Shown: positions 25,246-37,846, counted from the whole stretch's first letter. The stretch is DNA of 62,884 bases, filler included, from Basidiobolus ranarum (GCA_040143965.1; 30 parts of 30 records of this genome joined end to end with filler, not necessarily neighbours in it), one strand, 5' to 3'. Numbers and translations: made by a program. The notes: generated by a model from the sequence alone, not told the origin.

Positions 25246-26498
25246 TTGCTAAGATACCGTCAAGAAACCACCGTCATACCATCAAAGTCCCTGGCAGAAT
25301 GCAAGCCAGCAATATTGTGATGGTTCTCTGATGGTTTTGTTATTTTGGAGGGTGGATCCAATCCGGATCAAATCGATTTTATTTTTGTAAGGTAGGGATT
25401 GGGAAAATACTTGAAAACTTCAATCTAGGCATTGATTCAAATGAAAAGACTTGAAGTATTGGATTTGTATATATTCAAGTGGAGTCTTAAAAAGATTTCT
25501 GCCTGATAGGTATTGGCAACATTGGGAGCTGTTTGTGGATATTGTTAATATATTCTTACCACATCAACTCACATTGGCAGATCTCAGGCAGATACAGCAA
25601 CTGTGCAAAGATTTTGTAATTGTATATGAAGAACTTTATTACAGGTTTAAAGAAGATAGACTGACTCTATGCTAGTATTAAATACATTCTCTGCCACATC
25701 TTTCACAATGCTTAGAAATTATAGGCCCTTGCTATACACTTGGGGAGTTCCCAATGGAGCACACCTGCGGTGAAATAATGCTCCATGGAAATTGTCAGTA
25801 TTACTGTATGCTAATCTAATTAATAATGTATCAGCAAAATCAGTGATGGATGTAATGCAATGGATTAAGGAGACTCCAGAGTATATTAACCTTCCAACCA
25901 AGACCTCTTTTCAATGTGCTCACAGGTTTTTGCATTGTTTGAGCACAATAACAGCAACAAAACCCAATCCATGGACACAGAGTAAGTACCTCTTTAATTT
26001 AGACTAATCTGTTTATGTGATAGTTTGATGGTATTTCCAGGAAAGCTGTAAGACAGACTTCTTGGTCAGATAGATCAAGAAATGCAGTATTAATATTTTA
26101 GCCATGGGGTAATCTATTCCAGCAATGATACATCTACTTGTGGCAGGACATTTGTTGACTGCAGGTTGGGGATATATTGGCTGAATTCTTTATGGAAATT
26201 TGCCAAAATCCAGTAGCTTATTCCCTTTGTGAATGGTAACAAGAGTCAGCTATTTGCCAACTGTCAGTGCTATTCAAAATTTCAGATGTTTAGCAATTTT
26301 TCCACCTTGAGTTTGCTGGTTAAGCATATTGATGTTGTTGAGTTATGTCTGAGCAGTCAAGTGTGTGCATATGTAGAGACTAAATGCAATGAAATTCTTT
26401 TATTTATTGATTCTCATTATGGCTGAAATACAAAGCCTAAAATATCTAGATAATAGCATGCATATTAATTTAAATTCCTATGGCAGTAAACCCATTAA
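25246..26498 (+). mobile_element. CACTA right end (to ~25396) joined to another transposase C-terminal fragment
   Basis: Colinear with 17385-18530 apart from a short internal deletion. Confidence 0.85.
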
Positions 26499-27245
26499 TT
26501 GTTGAAATTAGCTTTGCCTAAACACCTATATAGTGTTATATAGATTAGTACTTAGTTATCTTATGATTCACAAAGATATAATCTATAATTCTCAATTGGA
26601 ATTTACTTAGAAAATTGTTACCAACTTAGAAGTTCTCAGATACATAGATTTTTCAAACTTGTCCTAGATGCCCCAAACTTTGCACACATGTTCCTAGGAT
26701 CTTCCTTAACACATTCTACACATTAGTTTGTCTACATCTTGACAAAACTATGAATTTCAACTCTCTAGTCAATAATTAAACAAGTAAAAACCACCAATTC
26801 TTCTAATTCTCCAAACGACTTCCTACAGGCTCCCAAATACTTTAACAGGTTACAAGCCCCAAGCTTGCACTGTCTGTAATGTCTACTGCTCAAATTTATG
26901 GAACTTTTCCCTCTTCTGAAAAACTGGATGGTACCAATTATCAAGTTTGGAAAATTAAATGAAAATGCTGTTGCAAGAAAAAGGATTTTAGGACACTATT
27001 GTAGGAGAAGAAAATAATGCAAAAGTATCTGAAACCAAAGTTTTACTCGAAGTTAAAAAAGAGCAAGGATTCTCAGATATGGTATACTGATTCTGGAGCT
27101 TCCCAAAATTTCACAAATTGAAAACATTGGTTTGTGGATTATGAAGAAATCCCAATTAGAAAGGTTTTCATGGGAGATGACTGTACATTGGATGCTATTG
27201 GAATGGGAACAATTCAAGTCAATTTTACTGGAGCTTCTGAAGAGA
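26499..27245 (+). mobile_element. Copia A 5' LTR, decayed PBS, gag start deleted through to protease
   Basis: LTR-A, GGTTACAAGCCCC, EKLDGTNY, then WYTDSGAS. Confidence 0.88.
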
Positions 27246-27446
27246 NNNNNNNNNNNNNNNNNNNNNNNNNNNNNNNNNNNNNNNNNNNNTTAATTAATTA
27301 ANNNNNNNNNNNNNNNNNNNNNNNNNNNNNNNNNNNNNNNNNNNNAATTTTGTCAGACACTTCCTGAATAGTGCTGATTGTGTTTTCTGGATCAAGAACT
27401 GTGATTTGAGGTGAAAAGTTTGCTTTTTCATCAAAAATCACATCTC

Positions 27447-29028
27447 TGTTGAAATTAGGTAAATAGCAACTCATTATTTAGTAGTTAGTTTATTCATATT
27501 CTGATTATTTAGTACTCAATTCTGTCATTCAAAAACATGTGTTTATTGCTCTAATTGATAGAAATATCAATTAGATCACTTTTACCAATTTTCACTATTT
27601 TCACAAAACTTCTCCAAATCACCTCAAATTTTCACCCATGCTTAACAGGCATGTTTGCTATGATCTAAGCACATCTAATAGTGCTATTTCATAGTAAGCT
27701 ATAAATAGGACATATTAGTTTCAATAAAACTTAAGTGTTTAATTCACTAATCCAAAGCTTGTCCAAAACACTTCCAAATCTCTTAAGCACTTTTATCACT
27801 ACAGGCATGTTTGTTGCAATCTAAGCACATTCAGTAGGCCCATTGCTTAGCAAACTATTATAGAACATATTCAAGTCGATAACATATGAATGTATAATTC
27901 ATAAATCCACATATTGTCCAAAACACTTCCAAATCCCTTTAACACTTTGATCCAATTATGAGCCCCAAGCTAGCTGTTAAATGAATTTCTACCAGCACTA
28001 GTACCTGTATTTTTATATTGTCAGAGACGCTTGATGGTGAAAGCTTTTACTCTTGGAAGTTCAAGTTGCAAATGGTCCTACAAGATAAAGACCATTGGGG
28101 ATTTGTTAAAGATGACCAAATTGAGCCAAACGCATTACCACAAGCAATTCTTGACTCTGAAAAAGCCTTAGCTTTGTTCAAGCATTATAAAAGCAATGGT
28201 TGAGAAAAAATGGGCACAAGAAATTAGGGTACAAAGGAGTGATATTGGTGGAGAATACTGCTCTAAAGACTTTGCTAGTTTTTGTTGTAAACATGAAATT
28301 AACAACAAGCTATGGTACATGATACTCTGCAGCAAAACAGGGTTGCAGAACATGCTAATAGGACCATAGTGGAGATGGCAAGATTAATGTTACATGATTA
28401 CAAGTTATATTATCATTATTGGGCCAAATCTGTCTCCACTACAATCAATTTCAAAAACAGATGCCCAACAAGATTGCTACAAAACTCTAGTCCACTTAAA
28501 GCCCTATATAGAGCAAAACCAAGTGTGAATCTACTCAGGAACTTTTGTTTCACAGCCTATTGCCCAATTCCAACTCAAATATGCTGTATATTGGAATCCA
28601 AAAGCAAACAATGTGCTATTCTTGGTTACTGTGATGGATCAAAGAACTATACAGTGTTGGATACCAACTTTTTGGAATCTTGAAGTAAACTGAAATGAAA
28701 CTCATTATTTAGTAGCTAGTATAGGCATATTCTCATCACTTGGCACTCAATTCTGTCATTTAAACATGTGGCTTTATGGCTTTCATAGATAGATATATCA
28801 ATTAGAACAATTTTGCCAATGTTCACTATTTTCTCAAAACTGCTCCTTATCATCTCAAATTTTCACCCATGTTTTACAGGCATGTTTGCTATGCTCTAAG
28901 CATGACCAATAGTCTCAATCTATAGTAAACTTTGAATAGGACATATTGAATTTAATAAAATAAAGTGTTTAAATCACAAATGCAAATCTTGTTTAACACA
29001 CTTCAATATCTTCTTAACACTTTTATCA
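27447..29028 (+). mobile_element. Copia family B: LTR-B (27447-27798), partial LTR, PBS (~27954-27965), internally deleted gag-integrase, LTR-B (~28680-29028)
   Basis: TGTTGAAATTAGG...TTTTATCA LTR, TTATGAGCCCC, LDGESFYSWKFK, QQNRVAEHANRT. Confidence 0.85.
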
Positions 29029-29473
29029 CAAACCAAATCTATGGAAAACTTAGCAAATTTGAATTCTTGAGCAACCAAGTGGTATTTCCAGGACATATTG
29101 TAACAAGTTCATAAATAGCCATTGATCGCAGAAAAGTGGAAGTAATTTGGAATTGAAAACAGCCTATTACTGTATCAGAACTCAAGTCCTTCATAAGATT
29201 GGTTTGCCATTACACAGAAATTCTTAAAGAATTTATCTCAATCTCTGCCCCATTGGCTTAACAGCTCAAAAGGAAAGTAGTATGCCTTCAAACTCTCTGT
29301 GGGAAGCAACTTTGCAATCCATGAAAGTTGAACTAGTAAAGTTGCNNNNNNNNNNNNNNNNNNNNNNNNNNNNNNNNNNNNNNNNNNNNTTAATTAATTA
29401 ANNNNNNNNNNNNNNNNNNNNNNNNNNNNNNNNNNNNNNNNNNNNTATATTCTTACCTGGTCGGGTCAACTAG

Positions 29474-29973
29474 GGTGCTCCAGAATATCTCGACAATGTT
29501 GATGAATGTACCTACATGTTCTTATGGAAAACTCCACATGCCTGCCCTACTGCTCAGGGTGGCGGCTCTAAGATAAGTGGAGGCGCTATCTTTGCTATTA
29601 TGTAAGTTATATATCAAAAGTGCCAGTGCAGGTCATATTACTAGGCTAACTACTGAATTCTATTTAGCCTATCTGTATTGTTTGGGGTCTATTGGATTGG
29701 AGGAATCCTATACAAAAGAATCGTCATGGGACAACGTGGATTTAATCAACTGCCAAATGCAGAATACTGGAGAGCACTCGCCAATTTCGTTAAGGTAAAT
29801 AGACTTCAGCTCTTAGTGTGTGGCTTCTCAACACTTACATTTGTCTTTGTTGTAAGAACTTCTTCGGTATGGTTTTCCCTTCATGCTGTGCTAATCGTTC
29901 ACGTCAATATAATTATGGTCACGTTAACACTGACGAAGCAAATGTCTTTATTGATGATGATGACGAAGAATAG
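29474..29973 (+). CDS. Mannose-6-phosphate receptor-like (CD-MPR/Mrl1/Atg27 family) membrane protein, last three exons
   Basis: Exons 29474-29601, 29668-29794 and 29857-29973 splice in frame: GAPEYLDNVDECTYMFLWKTPHAC, TM (GGAIFAIILSVLFGVYWIGGILY), KR..MGQRGFNQLPNAEYW, acidic tail FIDDDDEE*. Confidence 0.85.
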
Positions 29974-30277
29974 AAGTAATTGCCTATCTGCTCAAAACCT
30001 AAATTCCATTCCATAAATAAACTACTTTTGTTAAGCGAATCATTTATGATGAGAATAATCTATGGATATACACATTCCTAAATTAGTATAATTTACTCGA
30101 AAATGCCTATTTTAGAATCTGCTCAAAAGGTTGGTTTTAACTAAAAATGCCTATATTAACTATGGCAGATAATGATAATTTCTAGTGAACATCTCGACTG
30201 AATTGACGGTGACTAAATGGTTTATTATATGTGAAGGAAGTGACAGGTGTGTATACATTGGAGCTGAGAATATAGTA

Positions 30278-31252
30278 TTAGAATGCAAATTCTCCACGGA
30301 ACGCTGCCATGTTTCTTTGGTCACAAGCAGCAATAAGATCGGGACGTTCGATCCAATCCATAGTCATTCTCAGAGTGTCCCAAATATTATCAGACATCAT
30401 TGAATTGATCGTGGAGCCATCACCACTTTGAAGTGCCAATGCTTGAAGGAGATGTTCAGCAGCCTCCTTGTGTTGGCCTAGATTTATGCAACTTACAGCC
30501 AGATTGTACCTAGCACGAATGTAATTTGGATTGATTTCTAGAGCGTTGAAGTAAGCATCAATTGCTTTGGAGGGTTCATGAGAGTTTGCTAAAGTAGCTC
30601 CCAATTTGTTCCATAGCAAGTAATCGTCTGGTTTATAAGCAAGTGCAGTCTGAAAGCAGTCTACCGCCTTTTCGTACTGCTCAGCAATATTCAGAAGTAC
30701 ACCAAGACCAACTTGAACGTCTGGGTCAAAGTCTTGCTCGGAATTTGATCGAACTGCTTCCAAAAACATATCCATCACCACAGCTTGCCTATCTTGAGAA
30801 TTGCTTGAGTGTGGTAAATTCGCGTATTTATCATGGTTACGAATCCAAGATTCTAAGGCATCGTATGCGTTGGTTTTGTACCCTTCGTTTGTATATGAAA
30901 CGGAGAGACCCATCCAAGCATCTAGAATCTTGGGGTCAACATTGATCGCACGCTTTAGACTGGCTATAGCCATACCATCTTGCTCATTTTCTTGTTGTTT
31001 CGTTCCCAGTAGATACCATGATTGGCCATCCTGAGGATCCAGTTGAACTTTAGCCTCCAGTACAAGAATGGCATTGTTAAGGTCACTATTGAGGTCAATG
31101 TTGGATTGTAGCAAGCTAGGGTTCTCGAGGTATGGATTGTTGAGTGAGAATTTGTATTCACTATGAAGAGAATCAGTAAATGAATCCTTAGCATGGTTCC
31201 ATTGCTGTTCCATAGCTTCCCAATCCTCATCTTGCCATTGAGAGGAGATTTT
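30278..31252 (-). CDS. PEX5: Peroxisomal PTS1 receptor, C-terminal TPR exon (5'-partial)
   Basis: Y.F..NNPY, AILVLEA.VQ.DP, W.LLG..QQENEQD..AI, DPDVQVGLGVL, DYLLWNKLGATLAN, YIRARYNLAVSCINLG, S.NIWDTLR. Probable intron acceptor at 31253 (CTAAC...CAG). The ORF-track N-terminus is telomeric repeat, not protein. Confidence 0.95.
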   Translation of the reverse strand, partial: KISSQWQDEDWEAMEQQWNHAKDSFTDSLHSEYKFSLNNPYLENPSLLQSNIDLNSDLNNAILVLEAKVQLDPQDGQSWYLLGTKQQENEQDGMAIASLKRAINVDPKILDAWMGLSVSYTNEGYKTNAYDALESWIRNHDKYANLPHSSNSQDRQAVVMDMFLEAVRSNSEQDFDPDVQVGLGVLLNIAEQYEKAVDCFQTALAYKPDDYLLWNKLGATLANSHEPSKAIDAYFNALEINPNYIRARYNLAVSCINLGQHKEAAEHLLQALALQSGDGSTINSMMSDNIWDTLRMTMDWIERPDLIAACDQRNMAAFRGEFAF

Positions 31253-31311
31253 CTGTTTCTGGGTTAGGGAATTGCTGGTAGGTCTTGTGCAAGGCTGATA
31301 CCATGTAAGTC

Positions 31312-31346
31312 TTAGGGTTAGGGTTAGGGTTAGGGTTGGGTTAGGG
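31312..31346 (+). repeat. Interstitial telomeric tract (TTAGGG)4 TTGGG TTAGGG
   Basis: Read directly from the sequence. Confidence 0.95.
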
Positions 31347-31820
31347 GGGAGACAGTCACCCAAAGGTGAAATCTTTATTTCAAACAAAACAAAGAAGCCA
31401 TAACTACTTTTGTAGTTTCTTAACTAATGTATGGAGATCAGGAGTNNNNNNNNNNNNNNNNNNNNNNNNNNNNNNNNNNNNNNNNNNNNTTAATTAATTA
31501 ANNNNNNNNNNNNNNNNNNNNNNNNNNNNNNNNNNNNNNNNNNNNCTGAATATCTCAAACAATTGATTTACTTTTCTACTATATAAGTCACCATATACTC
31601 TTGAGAATAAACTAACTAAAACACACTATCATAAGTTGCTTCTAATACTCAAAGTCCACCCCCATTATGTCAAGATCCTCCAACAGAGTTAGTAATCAGG
31701 GATATTTCTGATCCAATTTGATCTCCTGGCTTGGGATAATGGTACTACAACTTCTGGCATTATATTAGATACTTCAATAGGCAAAATTTTGGTTGAATGG
31801 TCCACAGGAATGCTGTTTTC

Positions 31821-32167
31821 TGTTGAAATTAGCTTTGCCTAAACATCTATATAGTCATATATAGCTTAGTACTTAGTTATCTGATAATTCACGGAGATAT
31901 TATCAATTATTCTCAATTGGAATATACTTGGAATATTTTTACCAACTTAGAAGCTCTCAGATATATAGATTTTTCAAACTTGTGCTAGAAGCCCCAAACT
32001 TTGCAGACATGTTCCTGGGACCTTCCTTAACACATTTTACATGATAATTTTTTATATCTCAACAAAACTATAAATGTCAACTGTCTACTTACTAAATCAA
32101 TAAGTGAAAACCACCAATTCCTGTAATTCTCCAAACTGCTTCCCACAGGCTCCCAAATACTTGAACA
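31821..32167 (+). mobile_element. Solo LTR-A with 5-bp target-site duplication (TSD)
   Basis: TTTTC at 31816-31820 and 32168-32172. The host copia sequence is continuous across the insertion. Confidence 0.92.
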
Positions 32168-33291
32168 TTTTCTTCATTGTTTTGAATTCAATCAATTCAA
32201 AGGAATGGATCAGGAGAAAATTGATTTTTGTCATCTTCTGAGGTAATTTTGGGTGAGAATATTTTATTTTCATGAAACAAAATATCCCTGGACTTGATTA
32301 ACCTGGAAATTTTAGTACCATAGAGTCTGTAGGCCTTAGTTTGGGTACAATAACCCAGAAATATGCATTTCTTATTTTTGAATCAAATTTAGACCAATAT
32401 GTGGTCATAATTTGATATAATCAATGCATCCAAGAATCCTCAAATTTTTACATTAGTTTTAACTCCAAATCAAGCTTGATATGGTGAAGAGTTAGACAGA
32501 CTTCTAGTAAAACTCCTGTTCTTCAGATACACAGCTGTAGCAACAGATCCCACCCAAAAGTTATGAGATAATTTTTGCACATTTATAATATATCTTGCCA
32601 TTTCTGTTATACTCCTATTAGCTCTTTTAACAACTCCATATTGATGAGATGAATAGAGGGCAGTAGTTACTTGCTTAATTCCACAAACTTTGCAAAGATG
32701 CTTAAATGGTGTCAAAGTATATTCCACACCATTATTGGTACATATTTTCTTCCTTTTAGTTCCAGTTTCAGTCTTCACAAGTATTTTAAAATCCCTAAAG
32801 ATGGACAGAGCTTCTTCTTTTCTTTCCATTAAGTAGACCCAAGTGTAGCTTGTACAATCATCATTCAATGTGATTAAATATCTTTTTCTGCCTAAAGATA
32901 AATTTTGCATAGGTCCACACAAATCTGAATGAATCAAATCCAATTTTTTGACAGGTTTGATTAAACCAGAGCTCTTGAATGGATGCCTGGCTTGTTTTCC
33001 ATACTTACAACCCTCACAAATTTCCATTTTGGTTTGGTGGTTATTTTGAATACCAGAAATTAGGCAGTTTGGATCATTTTGCTCTAACAATCAAATCCAA
33101 TATGGCCAAATCTCTTATGCCATAATTCAATAGTTACTTGATTGGAATTACTTTTATTTACATGCAAACCTCTTGGATCATATGTAAGTTTGCATAAGTT
33201 CTGATGCTTTTCTCCCAAAGGTAAATAAGTCCCATTTTGATCAGTGATGGTGCATCTTGACTTATCAAAATTGAATTTTAGCCCTTCTAAG
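32168..33291 (-). mobile_element. Copia A integrase (degenerate)
   Basis: LWHKRFGH, CEGCKYGKQ, LIHSDLCGP, NNGVEY, AVYLKNRS. Confidence 0.93.
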
Positions 33292-33317
33292 TATTGAATT
33301 TATTTAGGGAGAAATAT

Positions 33318-33390
33318 TGGTCTGGCCAGGATTTGAACCTGGGACCTCTTTCACTCTAGCAAGGTGCTCTAACCACTGAGCTGCCAGTCC
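33318..33390 (-). ncRNA. tRNA-derived cassette inside a repeat terminus (not a canonical tRNA)
   Basis: GGACTGGCAGCTCAGTGGTTAGAGCACCTTGCTAGAGTGAAAGAGGTCCCAGGTTCAAATCCTGGCCAGACCA. D and T arms are intact, the anticodon stem is imperfect, and there is no oligo-T terminator. Confidence 0.8.
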
Positions 33391-33644
33391 TTGTATGCTA
33401 TGCTATATTGCTAGGGAAGCTTAACCTAGTCTGTCAATGTTTGGTACTTTGGCATTTCAGCTTTACAAGCAACTGATTGGCCCTACACTTTGTGTTCAGA
33501 TGCAGTCACCATACTCCATATTTTCCTCTATGGGAATTACTGCTNNNNNNNNNNNNNNNNNNNNNNNNNNNNNNNNNNNNNNNNNNNNTTAATTAATTAA
33601 NNNNNNNNNNNNNNNNNNNNNNNNNNNNNNNNNNNNNNNNNNNN

Positions 33645-35482
33645 ATTCAGGGCCCAGAAGATCATCCAGAAGGAGAAATAAGCAAGAAAACTGGGGGAAC
33701 ACTTCCAATGATGATGTATATGCTTATGCTGCTTTCTGTAAAAAGCCACAGACTCTGGATCAAGCTTTGGAAAGTCTGGAATCAAAGTTATGAAAAAAGC
33801 AATGTCTGATGAGTTTTCTTCACTCCAGGACATTTGATCAATGCTGGTGCTCTTAGCCATCTATGACCTTGATTTACACAAATGGATGAAAAAACAGCCT
33901 TTCTGAATGGAAATCTAGAAGAAGAGTTCTATATGGGGCAAACAGATGGATTTGTTGACACATAACACCCTGATATGGTTGGTAAACTGCAAAATTGCTA
34001 TATGGACACAGGCAAGCACCCAGGGCATGGTACAATAAGATAAATACCTATTTGTAATCATTGAAATTCCCAAAATGCACAGCAGAGCACAGTATTTACA
34101 TCAAAACTACCAGAAATAGGGTCCAGATCTTGGCACTACTTGTGGATGACTTCATCATAGCCACAAATGATCTAGTGGCACTTAATCAGATATAAACCAG
34201 TTTAGCACACCAATTTCAGATGACTGACATGGGTCAATTATGTTGTTTTCTTGGAATCCTAATCAAAAGAGATAAGCCCAATCAGACAAACATGTAAAAT
34301 CAGTTGAGATATATGCTAGATTTCATAAAAACTTTAACATGGAGAATAGCAAGCCTGTATCAACATCATGGGATCCCAATGTAAAATTATTTGAAACTTC
34401 ATCTGATTTGGCACAAAATGACTCAAATCAAAGCTGGGAGTTCCCTTATCAATCCATGATTGGTAGTTTAAAGTATAAAATGGTTGAAACAGATCCATAC
34501 AGTGCTGTGGGAGTGGGGAGTGCAAGCAAACATCTGAAAATCCAGGATTTGAACCCAACACTTCAGTAAACATATATATAGGTATTTGTGAGGAACTGTG
34601 GATCTAGTTCTGGAATTCTCTGCTACTCCTGATGCACAAAACTTTGAAGGCTACAGTGATGCAGACTAGAGAAGAAACCTTGATGACAGAAGAGCAACAA
34701 CTGGGTACACTTTTCTCAATGGCAATGGAGCCATAACTTGGAATACTAAGAAGCAACCAACAATAGCACTTTTAACTCTACAAATAGAGTATATGGCTGC
34801 CTCTGCTACTACACTGGAAGCTATGTGGTTAAAGAAGCTATCTGCACACTTAGAAAACATGCAAAAACACACTATTACTGTATATGAAGCTAAGCAAAGT
34901 TGTATTTGATTAGCTAAAAACCTAACCATTCATGCTAGATCAAAACATTTAGATATTTGGCATCATATTGTTGGAGAAGCAATAGAGAATGATATAATTA
35001 AACTTGATTATTGACCTACTAAAGAAATGATTGCTGACATCTTAACTAAATCTTTGGCTAAAGTACAATTTGAATTATTAAGATATAGATTAGGTTTAAG
35101 AGATGTACCAAATAATTAGTGGCATTGGAATGTTTAAATTAGGTAAATAGCACCTCATTATTTAGAAGTTAGTTTAGTCATACTCTGATTACTTAGTACT
35201 CAATTCTGTTATTCAAAGGTATGTGTTTATTGCTCTAATTGATAGAAATATCAATTAGATCACTTTTACCAACTTTCATTCTTTGCTCAAATCTTCTCCA
35301 AATCACCTTGTATTTTCACCCATGCATAACAGACATGTGTGTTATGATCTAAGCACATCCACTAGCCCTATTCTGTAGTAAACTACCAATAGGACATGTT
35401 CAATTCCTTAAAACATAAGTGTCTAATTCACACATCCTAATCTTTTCTGATACATCTTCAAATTCCCCAAACACTTTTATCA
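33645..35482 (+). mobile_element. Copia B RT-RNase H and 3' LTR-B (35131-35482), degenerate
   Basis: FLNGNLEEE, L.VDD, YQSMIGSL, GYSDAD, H.RSKH.DI..H, MIADILTK, then a purine-rich tract and the LTR. Confidence 0.92.
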
Positions 35483-35994
35483 CATGGCACCATCTCAGAA
35501 TGAGCTGAACATATGGATTGGATGTACATCAAACACCACCCTGCAATAGTTGGTGTTCTTTTTTACACAATATCCTTCTCATGTTGCTACACAAACATTC
35601 AAAGAAGCCATGCTATCATTTTAACAAACTCTTGTGCTATGCANNNNNNNNNNNNNNNNNNNNNNNNNNNNNNNNNNNNNNNNNNNNTTAATTAATTAAN
35701 NNNNNNNNNNNNNNNNNNNNNNNNNNNNNNNNNNNNNNNNNNNAATTTTGACTTAGATTTTGAATGCTTTTTGAATGGCATTGAAATTTTCAGATGGTAA
35801 ACTTGGTGTAATAAAATTGCTTAGAAACAGCTTATAATAAACCAAAATTGCCATACTTACACCGGAAGTATCTTGTAAATCCCCTGATGACTCATCTGTG
35901 ACACCGTCTCAGAATCAGCTGATGATATTGATGGGCTACACCTAAAATACCACCTTTACATGGGAGGTGTTCTTTTTTCTACAATATTCTTCTC

Positions 35995-37741
35995 ATGCCA
36001 CACCACAAATGTTTAAAGAAGCCCTGTTATTACTGTTGCACATTCTTGTGCTATGAACGCCAGAGGCTTCATAGAAAAACAATCACAAGCACGGTCACTG
36101 TACAAAGCCACCAGCTCCACAAAGCCTGGTGCATAACAACAGTAATAAGTGCACAAAATCAACTTTGGTTTTGCCTATTGAGTCCACTGACTGTAGTTTA
36201 CCTCAAAGTTTTGGTAACACTGCCAAAAGTCAAGATACCTTGGAGTTACCACAGATATATGACCAGAATGATGTAGGTCAAAATGCAACTTTGGTTGAAC
36301 CAGTAAGTCCAGACTACTTTGAGGACTTGCTGCTAGATGTTGATCTTAGTTATTCTAGTACTGATGGTAGTGTATCAGAAGTTGAAGAAGAAGATAACGG
36401 TTTTGTCACAGACTCTTTGTTATCAGCAAAAATTAGTCCACTCATAACACTTACAGTAAAAGAACCAGCTTTGATTATTGAGGAGTGGAGAGTTCAATTC
36501 AATCTTAGCAACCAGATGTTTATTGGTTTTCTTACACTTTAACCACAGTTGATTGGCAACTGTTGCTTGCCACAGATCTAGTACAAGTGGAAGACACTTG
36601 TCAATCATATGACTTATAATCCTTCAGTAATTAAACTGCCTTCATGTCCAAATGGTTGTTTGGCTTTCACCGGTGATCTGAAAAACCTGAAGTCATGTAC
36701 TGTTTGCACACAATTGGCAATCACTGAATCAGGTAAATATTGTTCATATTCGGCTTACATACCGTTGATTCCCCATCTTAAAGTTTTGATGAAATCACCC
36801 AAATATAGATCATTGATCCAATACCGAAGTACTCACCGTAAAGCTGATGGTATTACTGATATACTTGATGGATATCACTACCAGAATCTGAAAAGTCAAG
36901 GTTTCTTTGAGAACACGTATGATCATGCATTTGCATTGGCTCTGGATGGTTTCTCACTAAACAAATATACCGTTGGAAAGGCTTGCTGGCCAATAATTTT
37001 AATCAACTTAAATCTTCCTCCTTCTGAACGGTATAAGAGTCATAATATTTTGATACTATCCATCATATCTGGACCTAAATCACCAGTGCTTATAGATAGC
37101 TTCTTGCAGCCTTTGATAGTGGAGTTTGAACAGTTATCTAATGGGGTTCATGTGGGTGAATATTTTATTAAAGCTCATAGCATTGTATGAATTGGTGACA
37201 CTCTTGCCATCAGTAAACTTGGAGGTTTTTGTGGGCACAATGCACTATCTTGCTGTAGATTTTGTCAAATCAATGGAGTTTACTCTAACAGGCATATGCA
37301 TTACTACTATCCAAATACAACACTAAACTTCATGATTTTACCATCAAGAGCCCATTCAGATTCCAACATGTTCACTGATATCAACTCACCAAATAGTCAG
37401 TCTAACATCAAACTTGGTATTAGCCGTAAGCCTAAGATTATATTGCTAAAGGGGATCAGCTGGAGCCAGAGCTTCCCATTAGGCGCCATGCACTTACTAT
37501 TCAACCACATTCCAATACTACTTACTCAGCTATACAGGAGAAAATTCAATATGAATGAGCCATTCAAGACAGGATCAAAGTTGGAATTAATTGGGAGAAT
37601 GCTTGAAAACATCAAGATACCATTATATTTTACCAGGACTCCCATCAATATCCACTCATCTAGGCATTTATTCAAATGCAAAGACTGGAAGTATTGGATT
37701 TGTATATATTCAAGTGGAATTTTGAAAAGATTTCTGCCTGA
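35995..37741 (+). pseudogene. CACTA/EnSpm (Tnp2-type) transposase, N-terminal two-thirds
   Basis: CPNGCLAF, LALDGF, CWPIILINLNLPPSERYK, GPKSP..IDSFLQPL, GDT.AI.K.GGF.GHN...CRFC.I.G, MHLLFN. One frame with a few stops. Confidence 0.92.
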
Positions 37742-37846
37742 NNNNNNNNNNNNNNNNNNNNNNNNNNNNNNNNNNNNNNNNNNNNTTAATTAATTAANNN
37801 NNNNNNNNNNNNNNNNNNNNNNNNNNNNNNNNNNNNNNNNNCACAT

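Noticed and set aside
31253-31387. PEX5 N-terminus MFEIK...PNPTLTLTLTL from the ORF track
   Set aside because: Read-through of retroelement end, telomeric repeat and probable intron.
33318-33390. Functional tRNA-Ser(AGA) gene
   Set aside because: No long variable arm, mismatched anticodon stem, no terminator, and it is embedded in a dispersed repeat.
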